Part shown: positions 7,427-15,925 of the stretch, piece after piece
Numbering within the stretch: position 1 is the stretch's first letter
How the letters are laid out: each line of letters starts with the position of its first letter
Source of the DNA: a bacterium
GTDB taxonomy: Bacteria; Lernaellota; Lernaellaia; Lernaellales; Lernaellaceae
Assembly: GCA_036725605.1 (NCBI GenBank)
Contig: DAIMDW010000038.1
Coordinates: 1 to 40,172 of the forward strand
Reading direction: 5' to 3'
Length of the DNA: 40,172 bases
Notes under the pieces: generated by a model
The model's database searches: none
What the model was told of the DNA's origin: nothing
Seen by the model: only the letters and a program-made list of their open reading frames with translations
Position numbers and translations under genes: made by a program

Positions 7427-8172
7427 GGCAATGGCTTACGATACAACCCGCGTAAAGCGTTTAAACGGATTTGCAAAAGTTCGAGAAACATCCGGCTCGC
7501 GTCGCTGATCGGGTTGACCCGACTGGCCGGCGAGTTGATCCACTGCACCGGCGCCTCGGCGATCGACAGGCCGTACAATCGCGCAATATACAATAGTTCG
7601 ACGTCAAAACCAAAACGATTCAACCGCTGCCGACGGAAAATGATTTCGGCCGCCTCGGCGGTGAAGGCTTTGAAGCCGCATTGCGTATCGGTGAAGCCGC
7701 GCAAGGCCAGCAGGCGCACCATCAGGTTGAACGTGCGGCCCATCGTTTCGCGATACCACGGCTGATGCACGACGATGTCGGCCGCCGGATGCGCCCGCGA
7801 GCCGATGCACACGGCCGCGCCTTGCTCGAACAAGGGCCAGAATTTTTCGACCTGGTCGATCGGCGTGGAGCCGTCGGCGTCGAAAAACAGCCGCACCTGA
7901 CCGGTTGCATTGAGCATCCCGTTGCGCACCGCGTAGCCTTTGCCGCGATTGCCCGGATTCGCCAACAGGCTGATGCGCGACGACGCGGCGGCTTTTTCCC
8001 GCACGATGCCGGCGGTGCCGTCGGCGCTGCCGTCGTCGACCACGATGATTTCCGCGGCGTACCCCGCGCCGGCAAGGTACGCTTCGAGCTTGTCCAAGGA
8101 CTCGCCGATGCGCTTTTCCTCGTTGTAGGCGGGAATAATCACGCTCAACCGGGGTATTGTTTTTTCGCTCAT
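7423..8172 (-). CDS. GT2-family glycosyltransferase (DPM1/GtrB-like polyprenol-phosphate sugar transferase)
   Basis: SVIIPAYNEE...VVDDGS.DGT...DAD motifs. ATGA overlap with lipB. Start MSEK (an alternative start is 9 nt upstream at 8181). Confidence 0.8.
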   Translation of the reverse strand: MSEKTIPRLSVIIPAYNEEKRIGESLDKLEAYLAGAGYAAEIIVVDDGSADGTAGIVREKAAASSRISLLANPGNRGKGYAVRNGMLNATGQVRLFFDADGSTPIDQVEKFWPLFEQGAAVCIGSRAHPAADIVVHQPWYRETMGRTFNLMVRLLALRGFTDTQCGFKAFTAEAAEIIFRRQRLNRFGFDVELLYIARLYGLSIAEAPVQWINSPASRVNPISDASRMFLELLQIRLNALRGLYRKPLP

Positions 8173-8214
8173 ACAGCCCACTGTCGCTCAGCGAGAAGGC
8201 GGATCACCCGCGCC

Positions 8215-9210
8215 CTACAGCTCGGCGAGGATCTGCTTACGCTTGGCTTCGTACTCGTCCTGGGAAATCAAACCTTTGTCGAACAGGCTCTTCAGCTTGG
8301 CCAGCCGGTCTTCCGGCGAAGGCTGCGCGGGAGCCGCCGCGGCCGCGGGAGCCTGTGCCTGCTGCCCCTGGGCGGCCTGCGCCATGCCCTGCGCCATCGC
8401 CATGCCAAGTCCCGCTCCCAGACCGGCGCCCATCGCGCCGCCCATGTCGCCGGGATTTTTCGCGGCGTCGCCGATGGCCTTGGCGGTCTTGTACTGGGTG
8501 AACTTGGCCATATCGCCGATCGCGCCCATGCTCGAACGCTCGTTGATCGCCTGTTGCACCTCTTCGGGCGGCGTGATCGCCTGCACGTAGAAGTCGATCA
8601 GCTCGATGCCGTACTTGGCGAAATCGTCGATCACGCGCATCTTCGCGGCCACGGCCAGCTCGTCGTACAAGGCGGCGAGCTCGAAGATCGTCTTGAGCGT
8701 TTCGCCCAGCACGTCGTTGAGCCGGCTGACGATCACGTCGCGCAGGAAATTGGCGATGTCGTCGGTCGCGTAACGCCCGCGGCCGGCGACCAGCGTGTTG
8801 ACGAACAACAACGGATCCTTGACGCGGATCGTGTAGTTGCCGAAGGCGCGCAACTGCACGTACCCCAGCTCGGAGTCCTTGAACGGCACCGCTTCCTTGG
8901 TGCCCCACTTCATGTCGTTGAAGACCTTCTGGCTGACGAAAATCACCTCGGTGCGGAACGGCGATTTGCTGCCGTCGAACAGCTTGCCGATCAACCGCGC
9001 CAGCACGGGGATGTTCTGCGTGGTCAGCGTGTGGCGGCCGGGACCGAACACGTCGAGCCCTTTGCCGTCGCGGAAGAAGACCGCCTGCTGGTATTCGCGC
9101 ACGACTAACTGGCTGCCGAGCCGCGTTTCGGCGCTACCGAACTCCGGTATCTTGTGGCACATCTCGTTGCCGGAAACGTCGTGGTATTCGATCACTTCCA
9201 AAATGGCCAT
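8215..9210 (-). CDS. SPFH/Band-7-family protein (Band_7_1 / virion-core-like) with a C-terminal SHOCT domain
   Basis: SPFH-like core. Gly/Ala/Met/Gln-rich linker. Terminal ...LAKLKSLFDKGLISQDEYEAKRKQILAEL, a typical SHOCT motif. Confidence 0.75.
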   Translation of the reverse strand: MAILEVIEYHDVSGNEMCHKIPEFGSAETRLGSQLVVREYQQAVFFRDGKGLDVFGPGRHTLTTQNIPVLARLIGKLFDGSKSPFRTEVIFVSQKVFNDMKWGTKEAVPFKDSELGYVQLRAFGNYTIRVKDPLLFVNTLVAGRGRYATDDIANFLRDVIVSRLNDVLGETLKTIFELAALYDELAVAAKMRVIDDFAKYGIELIDFYVQAITPPEEVQQAINERSSMGAIGDMAKFTQYKTAKAIGDAAKNPGDMGGAMGAGLGAGLGMAMAQGMAQAAQGQQAQAPAAAAAPAQPSPEDRLAKLKSLFDKGLISQDEYEAKRKQILAEL

Positions 9211-9221
9211 GGTCGCCCTCC

Positions 9222-9755
9222 TTACCGCACCAGATTGTTGAGCGCTTCACCGCGATTGTCGATCAATTCGGTCAGCGCGGCAATTTCCACCTGCAACGAA
9301 TCCATCGCCGCCTTCAGCGACTGGTCGTCGGTTTTCTCCTGGCCGAGCTTGGCGCAGGTCTCTTTGAACATCTCCACTTTGTCCAGAATCATCAGGTCGT
9401 AATCATAGAGCTTCTGCAACTCGGGTTCGAGGATTTTGTTGGCGTCGAACGCACCCGAATAGCCGTAGGCGTCGAAGCGATGCTTGTCGCGCAGGCGGTC
9501 GATTTTCGATGTCATCCGATCGACGTCGTCGAGCCAGGAAATTTTCATATCGTCCAGCAGCGCTTTTTTCAGGTTATCCAGACCGGTCTTGGCCGCATCG
9601 AGCTGCTTGGCGGAGTATTCGCGCAACAATTTATCGTTCTCGCGCAGTTTTTCCCGGTTCATGAAATCTTCCAAACCCGGAATTTTCGCCACCAGGTTTT
9701 TCATTCTGGTCAGAAAGTCGGGTTTCACATTTCCGTCGGCATCGCGATTGGTCAT
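9222..9755 (-). CDS. Hypothetical coiled-coil protein, co-operonic with the SPFH/SHOCT protein
   Basis: 177-aa ORF 11 bp upstream of the SPFH gene. Coding-like composition. I recognise no family. Confidence 0.45.
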   Translation of the reverse strand: MTNRDADGNVKPDFLTRMKNLVAKIPGLEDFMNREKLRENDKLLREYSAKQLDAAKTGLDNLKKALLDDMKISWLDDVDRMTSKIDRLRDKHRFDAYGYSGAFDANKILEPELQKLYDYDLMILDKVEMFKETCAKLGQEKTDDQSLKAAMDSLQVEIAALTELIDNRGEALNNLVR

Positions 9756-9904
9756 GATTGTCCTCCAAGGATAGAACTCTGCTAACCTCGTATCATATCA
9801 CCAAAGAGTCGGTCAATCCGAACACCTTGGAAATTCGCTGTCTTTCGCGGATCGTTTCGCCCATGAACCGTTGTACGGGAAGGCGTTGTTCCAATAATTT
9901 TTTA

Positions 9905-9948
9905 CCATTGTTTCCCCATTGACACAATGCATCATACAGAGTATATAT
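9905..9948 (+). promoter_or_regulatory. Sigma-70-type promoter (TTGACA-17 bp-TATATA) with an overlapping palindrome CATTGT-N10-ACAATG (candidate MarR operator)
   Basis: TTGACA at 9919-9924, TATATA at 9942-9947. Inverted repeat CATTGT/ACAATG and direct CCATTG repeats span the -35. Confidence 0.55.
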
Positions 9949-9981
9949 TTCACACTTCGAACTATTCAATGGACGAACAAA

Positions 9982-10410
9982 ATGAACGAAACGTTGATTG
10001 TTCGCTTCCACGCAAGCCTGTTGGACATCCTCAACGGCGTGCTGGAGATGCGCGCGAAGGACAAAACATTCGAGTTGCTGGCCCCGAGCGAAACGTTGGC
10101 GCTGGAGATCATCGGCAAGCACAAGTCGCTGGCGATGAGCGAGTTGGCCCGGCTGGCGGGCACGGCGGCCAACACGATGACCGGCATCGTCGACCGGCTC
10201 GTGCGCCGGCACATCGCGCGCCGCACGACCTCGTCCGCCGATCGGCGGGTGGTGCTGGTCGAGCTGACCGACAACGGGCTCAAGCTGTTCGGGCAGCATC
10301 AACAGTTCACCAAACGCATCATCGCCGGGTTGTTGAAAACGCTCAATCCGGAAGAACAGCAGTCCTTCGTGGAGATGTTCGAACGCATTACCGCTCCCCT
10401 TAAATCATAG
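9982..10410 (+). CDS. MarR-family transcriptional regulator
   Basis: Winged-HTH MarR pattern (LAPSETLALEIIGKHKSLAMSELARLAG...TMTGIVDRLVRRHIARRTTSSADRRVVLVELTDNG). Start MNETL (the ORF track begins upstream at 9919). Confidence 0.8.
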   Translation: MNETLIVRFHASLLDILNGVLEMRAKDKTFELLAPSETLALEIIGKHKSLAMSELARLAGTAANTMTGIVDRLVRRHIARRTTSSADRRVVLVELTDNGLKLFGQHQQFTKRIIAGLLKTLNPEEQQSFVEMFERITAPLKS

Positions 10411-10422
10411 TCAGGAGATTTT

Positions 10423-13098
10423 ATGCGCGCTTTGACACGACTCATGATCCGCTGGCCCTGGATCACGGTTGCCGTCATTCTCGGCATCACGGCTTTTTTT
10501 GCCTATCAACTTAAGTATGTGCGCATTGACAACGGCATTAAAAACTTCCTGCCGGAAATGCAGCAGGACAAACAGCAGTATTACCGCAGCGAGGAAATTT
10601 TCGGCAGCGAATCGGTCGCGGTGGTCGGTATCACCGCCGAGGACAAGGGCCCCTATCGCGACATATTCAATCCGGCCGCGCTGAAGATCGTCCAGGATCT
10701 GCACGACTGGTTCGAGGGGCTGGAGATCGAAGCGCCGGTGGAAAAAGCGTTGTGGATAAAGCCGGAGCGATTGGGTGAGGCAAGAAAGATCTTCGGCAAT
10801 CCGGACGGCCTTTGCTCCGAGGAGCAACTGGCCGCGCTCGAGAAGTTCGAGGAACCCGAGGATATCGAAGGTCACATTAAAATCACCGCCTGCAAGCACG
10901 TCGAAAGCACGATGATCGAAGACGTGACGAGCCTGGTGAGCATCAAGGACATCTACGACACCGAGGTGCCCTCCGCCGAAGTGGAAGGCGAGATGGAGCA
11001 CCAATTGATGATCGAGGACATGTGGGAGGACGTGCCGCAGACGCAGGAGGAAGCCGACCGCGTGCGCGAGCGCGTCAAGTCGTGGGATCTGTACGAGGAC
11101 AACATCGTCAGCCCGGATTTGAAGTCGACGGCGATTTACGTGTTCATCGACAGCCAGGTATCGATCGAGTACACGGAAAAACTGCAATCAATGATCGAAG
11201 AGAAAATCAACGAATTCGACAAGCCCGACGACGGACTGTTTTTCCAGACGGGCGGTACGCCGCTGTTGTTCGTCTGGCTGGGCATTTATCTGATGAACGA
11301 TTTGCTGACGCTCATTCCGTTCGTTTTCTTCGTGATCATCCTGGTGCTGTTCGCCAGCTTCCGCAATCCGACCGGCGTGCTGATGCCGGTGCTCACCGTC
11401 GCCTGCGGCTGTATCTGGTCGGTCGGCCTGACCGCCCTGATGAACAAGCCGCTGACGCTGCTGACCAGTTCGCTGCCCACCCTGATCGTCGCCGTGGGCA
11501 GCGCGTACACGATTCACATCATCCACAACTATTTCGCGCAACGGCAAGCCGGCCGCGACCGGCACGAGGCGATCATCGAGGCGATGGCCAAGGTCGGCAT
11601 GGCGGTGGTCATGGCCGGTCTGACAACCGTCGGCGGCTTCCTCTCGCTGGCCAGCAGCAGCGTGGTGCCGATCCGCGACCTGGGTCTTTTCGCCAGTTTC
11701 GGCGCGTTCGCCTCGTTGGTGATCAGTTGTTCGCTGGTGCCCGCCCTGCTGCAGATCACGGGCAAAAAGGGCGTCAAAGAAGTCGAGATAGACGCGGAGA
11801 ACGAAGCGGAACACGTGGCGCAGAATCCGGGCATGCTGGGCAAGCTTCTGGATTGGCTGGCGCGGTTCGTGGTCGAGCACAAGTGGTTGGTCTTCGGCGT
11901 CGGCGTGGTGCTGGTGGGCGTGGGCATCCTGCTGACCATGCAGGTGCGCGTAACCTCCGACCTGCTCAAGTACTTCAAGGAGGACAGCCCCATCCGGCAG
12001 ATGGACACGTACCTCAGCGAAAAATTCGGCGGGACGGACATGTTCTCGGTGGCCTTCGACGGCGGCGAGGAAAACTACTGGAAGGATCCCGCGCCGCTGC
12101 GCAAGATGGAAGCGCTGATCAACCACATCGACGAGCAGTTTCCGGTCATGCGCAAGAGCATGTCGATGGTCGATTACGTCAAGAAGATGAACATGGCGCT
12201 GCACTTCAACGATCCGCAGGAATTCCGCATTCCCGACACGGCGCAGGCGGTGGCCGACAGCCTGTTCCTCTTCCAGCAAAAAAGCGACTCGATGGAATCG
12301 ATGATCGATTTCGAATACCGTAAGGCGCGCGTCACCTTCAAGGTGACCGACGGCCAGACGGCGACCATGCGTAAAATCAAAAAGGCGATCGACCAGTGGC
12401 TGGCCGACAACTGGCCGGAGATGGCCGGCAAGCCGGCCCCGCGCATGAGCTTATGGCAGCACACGATGGAAATGGCCGGTTTCGTCGAGGAATCGCCGGC
12501 GTTCGTCGAGCAGCGCTACAGTTACTCGGGCGGCTCCTATCTACGTTACGTCGCCGACCGGTTGATCGTCATCGGGCAGATGCGCTCGATCTTCCTGTCG
12601 ATTCTCACCGTGTTCGTTCTGGCGATGCTCATCTTCCGCAGCATGGTGGGCGGCCTGCTGGCGATCGTACCCACGACGATGGCGGTGTTGGGCAACTTCG
12701 CCACAATGGCGGTCTTTGATCTGCCGCTGGACGTGGGCACGGCGCTGGTGTCGGCGGCCGCGGTGGGCATCGGCATCGACTACGCCATCCACTACATCAA
12801 CCGCTACCGCCTGGAGCGCATCGCCGGGGCCAAGGCGCCCTTGGCCGTGCGCTACACGCACCTGACCAGCGGCAAGGCGATCGTGTTCAACGCGACCGCG
12901 GTGGCCCTGGGCTTCTTCGTGCTGCTGTTCAGCAACTTCAATCCGGTCATGCGCATGGGGCTGCTGACGGGCATCACCATGTTCACGGCCAGCTTTATCT
13001 CATTGACGGCCCTACCGGTTTTGCTGGTATTGTTACGTCCGAAGTTCATCAGCAAAAACGCACCCAACAATAATTCGAGCAAGGGAGGCAATAAATGA
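10423..13098 (+). CDS. MMPL/RND-superfamily exporter (two 6-TM bundles with SSD-like regions)
   Basis: 891 aa. Duplicated TM blocks with large periplasmic loops. MMPL-type motifs (GxxxD..IHY, GLL.AI.PT). Confidence 0.85.
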   Translation: MRALTRLMIRWPWITVAVILGITAFFAYQLKYVRIDNGIKNFLPEMQQDKQQYYRSEEIFGSESVAVVGITAEDKGPYRDIFNPAALKIVQDLHDWFEGLEIEAPVEKALWIKPERLGEARKIFGNPDGLCSEEQLAALEKFEEPEDIEGHIKITACKHVESTMIEDVTSLVSIKDIYDTEVPSAEVEGEMEHQLMIEDMWEDVPQTQEEADRVRERVKSWDLYEDNIVSPDLKSTAIYVFIDSQVSIEYTEKLQSMIEEKINEFDKPDDGLFFQTGGTPLLFVWLGIYLMNDLLTLIPFVFFVIILVLFASFRNPTGVLMPVLTVACGCIWSVGLTALMNKPLTLLTSSLPTLIVAVGSAYTIHIIHNYFAQRQAGRDRHEAIIEAMAKVGMAVVMAGLTTVGGFLSLASSSVVPIRDLGLFASFGAFASLVISCSLVPALLQITGKKGVKEVEIDAENEAEHVAQNPGMLGKLLDWLARFVVEHKWLVFGVGVVLVGVGILLTMQVRVTSDLLKYFKEDSPIRQMDTYLSEKFGGTDMFSVAFDGGEENYWKDPAPLRKMEALINHIDEQFPVMRKSMSMVDYVKKMNMALHFNDPQEFRIPDTAQAVADSLFLFQQKSDSMESMIDFEYRKARVTFKVTDGQTATMRKIKKAIDQWLADNWPEMAGKPAPRMSLWQHTMEMAGFVEESPAFVEQRYSYSGGSYLRYVADRLIVIGQMRSIFLSILTVFVLAMLIFRSMVGGLLAIVPTTMAVLGNFATMAVFDLPLDVGTALVSAAAVGIGIDYAIHYINRYRLERIAGAKAPLAVRYTHLTSGKAIVFNATAVALGFFVLLFSNFNPVMRMGLLTGITMFTASFISLTALPVLLVLLRPKFISKNAPNNNSSKGGNK

Positions 13099-13871
13099 AA
13101 TCGCGCATTCTGTTGCTAATCGCGATTGTGACGATCCTGGCGTTCGCCGCCATGGCCTGGGCGGAGCTTTCCGCTTTCGATATCGCCAAAAAGAGCCTGG
13201 AACTGGACAAGGCCGCGACCAAGACCACGCTGTACCAGATGACGGTCATCAACAAGCGCGGCAAAACCAAGGTCTACAAATTCAAGGTTTGGGAGAAGGA
13301 TTATCCCGACGGCGCGAAAAAGCTCGTGCGCTTCCTGGAGCCCTCCGACGCCAACGGCACCGGCCTGCTGAACTTCGAGAAGATCGGCGCGGACGACCTG
13401 CAGTGGCTCTTTTTGCCCTCGTTGCGCAAAAGCCGCCGCCTGGCCGCCGGCGACAAAGACGGCGAGTTCATGGGCAGCGACCTGTTCTATCAGGACATGG
13501 AAACCATGACGGCCGAAGACTACACACACGAACTGTTGAGCCAGGCGATGCTCGACGGCAAGCAGTGCTACATCGTGCAGTCCAAGCCGAAGCCGGGCAT
13601 CAGCAGCGCCTACAGCTTCACCAAGTCGTGGATCGAAACCGGCACGTTCATCGGCCGGAAAATCGAGATGTACGATAAAAACGGCAAGCTGCTCAAAACT
13701 ATGAAGGCCAAGAAGGTCGAGCAGATCACCGGCATCTGGACGATCACGTCCGCCGAAATCGTCACCGAGGGCAAAGGCAAGGCCAAGACAAAGCTGGACA
13801 TGGTCGAACGGCAATACAACAGCGAAGTCCCCGACAACTACTTCACCACCCAGTTCCTGGAACGCTTCTAA
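13095..13871 (+). CDS. Outer-membrane lipoprotein-sorting (LolA-like) protein commonly partnered with MMPL exporters
   Basis: Signal peptide. LolA-like fold family resemblance (about 250 aa, WxxxxxDxxG...). ATGA overlap with the MMPL gene. Confidence 0.65.
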   Translation: MKSRILLLIAIVTILAFAAMAWAELSAFDIAKKSLELDKAATKTTLYQMTVINKRGKTKVYKFKVWEKDYPDGAKKLVRFLEPSDANGTGLLNFEKIGADDLQWLFLPSLRKSRRLAAGDKDGEFMGSDLFYQDMETMTAEDYTHELLSQAMLDGKQCYIVQSKPKPGISSAYSFTKSWIETGTFIGRKIEMYDKNGKLLKTMKAKKVEQITGIWTITSAEIVTEGKGKAKTKLDMVERQYNSEVPDNYFTTQFLERF

Positions 13872-13928
13872 ACGCACTTACTCCGCCTGGGGGGACCGAC
13901 GGGTCCTCCCCGGCGGCGGGAGACACCG

Positions 13929-15299
13929 ATGCGAATCGCGCGCCCCCTCGTTTGTTTGCTGCTGTTGATCGTGTTGTCGGCCTCGGCGGCGCACGCCGAA
14001 ATCAAGCTCAACGGTACGGTATCCAACCAGATGCGCCTGCGCCTTCTGCAAAACGACATGCCCGAGGACTACGATTGGGATTTCACGATGCTGCTGTCCA
14101 AAATCGACGTCATTCTGCGGGCGCAGGACGATGAACGCACGGCGCGGCTGTTCGCCAACATCGACTTCCGGCACGATCCCACCGGCGTGTTCGAAAACGA
14201 CTTCGAATGGCGGCTGCGCGAGGTGTACGCCGGGTATTATCAGCCCTATTACAGCGTCGAGATCGGCAAGCGCATCTACGCGTGGGGTCTGGCCGACGAG
14301 TTCAACCCGACCGACTTGCTCAACCCGGAGGATTACCGCTGGTTCATTTCGGTGGACAAAACCGACCGCAAGATCGGCGTGTATTCGGCCAACCTGGCGC
14401 TCAACTACGAGAACTTCAACCTGCAGGGCGTGGTGATTCCGGTGTTCGAGCCGGTGCTGCTCCCCGAGCAGGACAGCGATTGGCGCCCGTGGCAATTGGT
14501 CACCCTCGACTCGCTGGTCGGCGCGTTCCCCGATTATGTCGATCTGCAGGAGGATACGCGTCCCGAAATGACGGCGAACAATGCCGAAGTCGCCGCCAAG
14601 CTGGCCGGAACGGTCGCCACGGTCGACTTCCAGTTGGTCTATTTCAACGGTTTCGACGACCAACCGACCTTCGACATCAACATCATTCCCGATCCCAACG
14701 TGGTGATGGAAGGCGGCAAGCCGCTGGTGCTGCGCGAAGAGTACCAACGCTATGCGGCCTACGGCGGCAGCTTCGCCTTTACCGTCGACAAGTTCAGCCT
14801 GCGCGGCGAAGGCGCTTACTACACGCCGCGCTATTACATGTACGAGTTCGACGATTCGCTGATGCAGGTGGGCAACCTGTTTGCCGCCTTCGATCTGATG
14901 ACCGGCCTGGCCGATCACACTTGGCGCGTGCGCAAGCCCAGTTGGTCGGCCGTCGGCGGCGTCGATTACCGCAGCGGTTCGGAATTGTACGTCAACATGC
15001 AGTACGTGCACACGCAGATTCTCGATTACGAAGAGGACCTGCTGTACGAGGAAAACGAGGGAATGGTGACCCTCAAGGTGCAAAGCCTGCTGCTGGACGA
15101 GGACCTGGATCTGAGCTTCCAGGGTGCGGCCAACGTCTGGCACGGCGACTGGTACATCAAGCCGTACGTACGCTACAAGCTCACGGTGGACCTGGCCGCC
15201 GAAGTGGGCATCCAGTTGTACGGCGGCGACGAAAAGACCACCTTCGGCGACATGGACGACAACGACTTCGTCTACACGCTGGTCGAGTACGCTTTTTAG
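13929..15299 (+). CDS. Putative outer-membrane beta-barrel protein (DUF1302-like) of the exporter operon
   Basis: Signal peptide MRIARPLVCLLLLIVLSASAAHA. Alternating amphipathic beta-strand pattern. C-terminal ...VEYAF (aromatic terminal residue typical of OMPs). Confidence 0.55.
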   Translation: MRIARPLVCLLLLIVLSASAAHAEIKLNGTVSNQMRLRLLQNDMPEDYDWDFTMLLSKIDVILRAQDDERTARLFANIDFRHDPTGVFENDFEWRLREVYAGYYQPYYSVEIGKRIYAWGLADEFNPTDLLNPEDYRWFISVDKTDRKIGVYSANLALNYENFNLQGVVIPVFEPVLLPEQDSDWRPWQLVTLDSLVGAFPDYVDLQEDTRPEMTANNAEVAAKLAGTVATVDFQLVYFNGFDDQPTFDINIIPDPNVVMEGGKPLVLREEYQRYAAYGGSFAFTVDKFSLRGEGAYYTPRYYMYEFDDSLMQVGNLFAAFDLMTGLADHTWRVRKPSWSAVGGVDYRSGSELYVNMQYVHTQILDYEEDLLYEENEGMVTLKVQSLLLDEDLDLSFQGAANVWHGDWYIKPYVRYKLTVDLAAEVGIQLYGGDEKTTFGDMDDNDFVYTLVEYAF

Positions 15300-15325
15300 T
15301 CGCACCGCATTGCCGCGATCGCCCC

Positions 15326-15390
15326 GGGCCGCCCGCCAGTCGCGCGGCCCGACGTTTTTAAAAAGAAAACGGGCGACCGAAGCCGCCCGT
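15326..15390. terminator. Pair of back-to-back rho-independent terminators sharing an A/T tract (one for each convergent gene)
   Basis: GGGCCGC-ccgccagtc-GCGGCCC then T5 for the plus strand. ACGGGCG-accgaagc-CGCCCGT preceded by T4AAAAAGAAAA (a T-tract on the minus strand). Confidence 0.6.
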
Positions 15391-15413
15391 AATCATTGTC
15401 GCACGAACCGAAA

Positions 15414-15860
15414 TTATTCGGCCAGGTAGCTCTGAGCGTTAGCCGTCGCGGTCTGCGCATCGGCCATTTTCTCCGGAGCCACATCTTCCACGAAATACAG
15501 GAAGTCCGGATCGCTGACGATCTGCGCCACCTGGTCGGCGTTGAGTTCGATTTCCGCCCGGCCGCCGCCCGCACATTCGATTTCGACGCTGGTCGGATAG
15601 TAAACCAAACCGACGAACGCGCCGATCAGGCCGTTGACGAAGGTGATTTCTTCGTGAATGGTCGCGTTGCCGGAGGGGCAAAGCTTTTTCACGTTGACGT
15701 TTTCGTCGCCGATGATGCCGAACAGCCAGTGGCTATGCCATTTCTCATAAACCATTTTGCCGCCGTCGCCGCCCTTGCCCACGGTGAAGGTGTGCTTGAA
15801 GCAGCCCGTCACCACGAACAGCATCGCCAGGGCCAGAACCAGAATCATCACTTTTTTCAT
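15414..15860 (-). CDS. Bor/Iss-family lipoprotein (lambda Bor-like), with a C-terminal extension
   Basis: Lipobox LVVTGC. Core ...HTFTV....HWLFGIIG...KKLCPSG...I.EEITFVNGLIGAFVGLVYYPTSVEIECA parallels lambda Bor (QQTFTV...HHFFVSGIGQ...ICGG...TFVNGLLGFITLGIYTP...VYC). Confidence 0.55.
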   Translation of the reverse strand: MKKVMILVLALAMLFVVTGCFKHTFTVGKGGDGGKMVYEKWHSHWLFGIIGDENVNVKKLCPSGNATIHEEITFVNGLIGAFVGLVYYPTSVEIECAGGGRAEIELNADQVAQIVSDPDFLYFVEDVAPEKMADAQTATANAQSYLAE

Positions 15861-15925
15861 TCGTTGTACCCTTTCCTTGTTAAATCACGTGTCGCGCAAA
15901 GCCCGATTCCATCGGGCGAATACAC

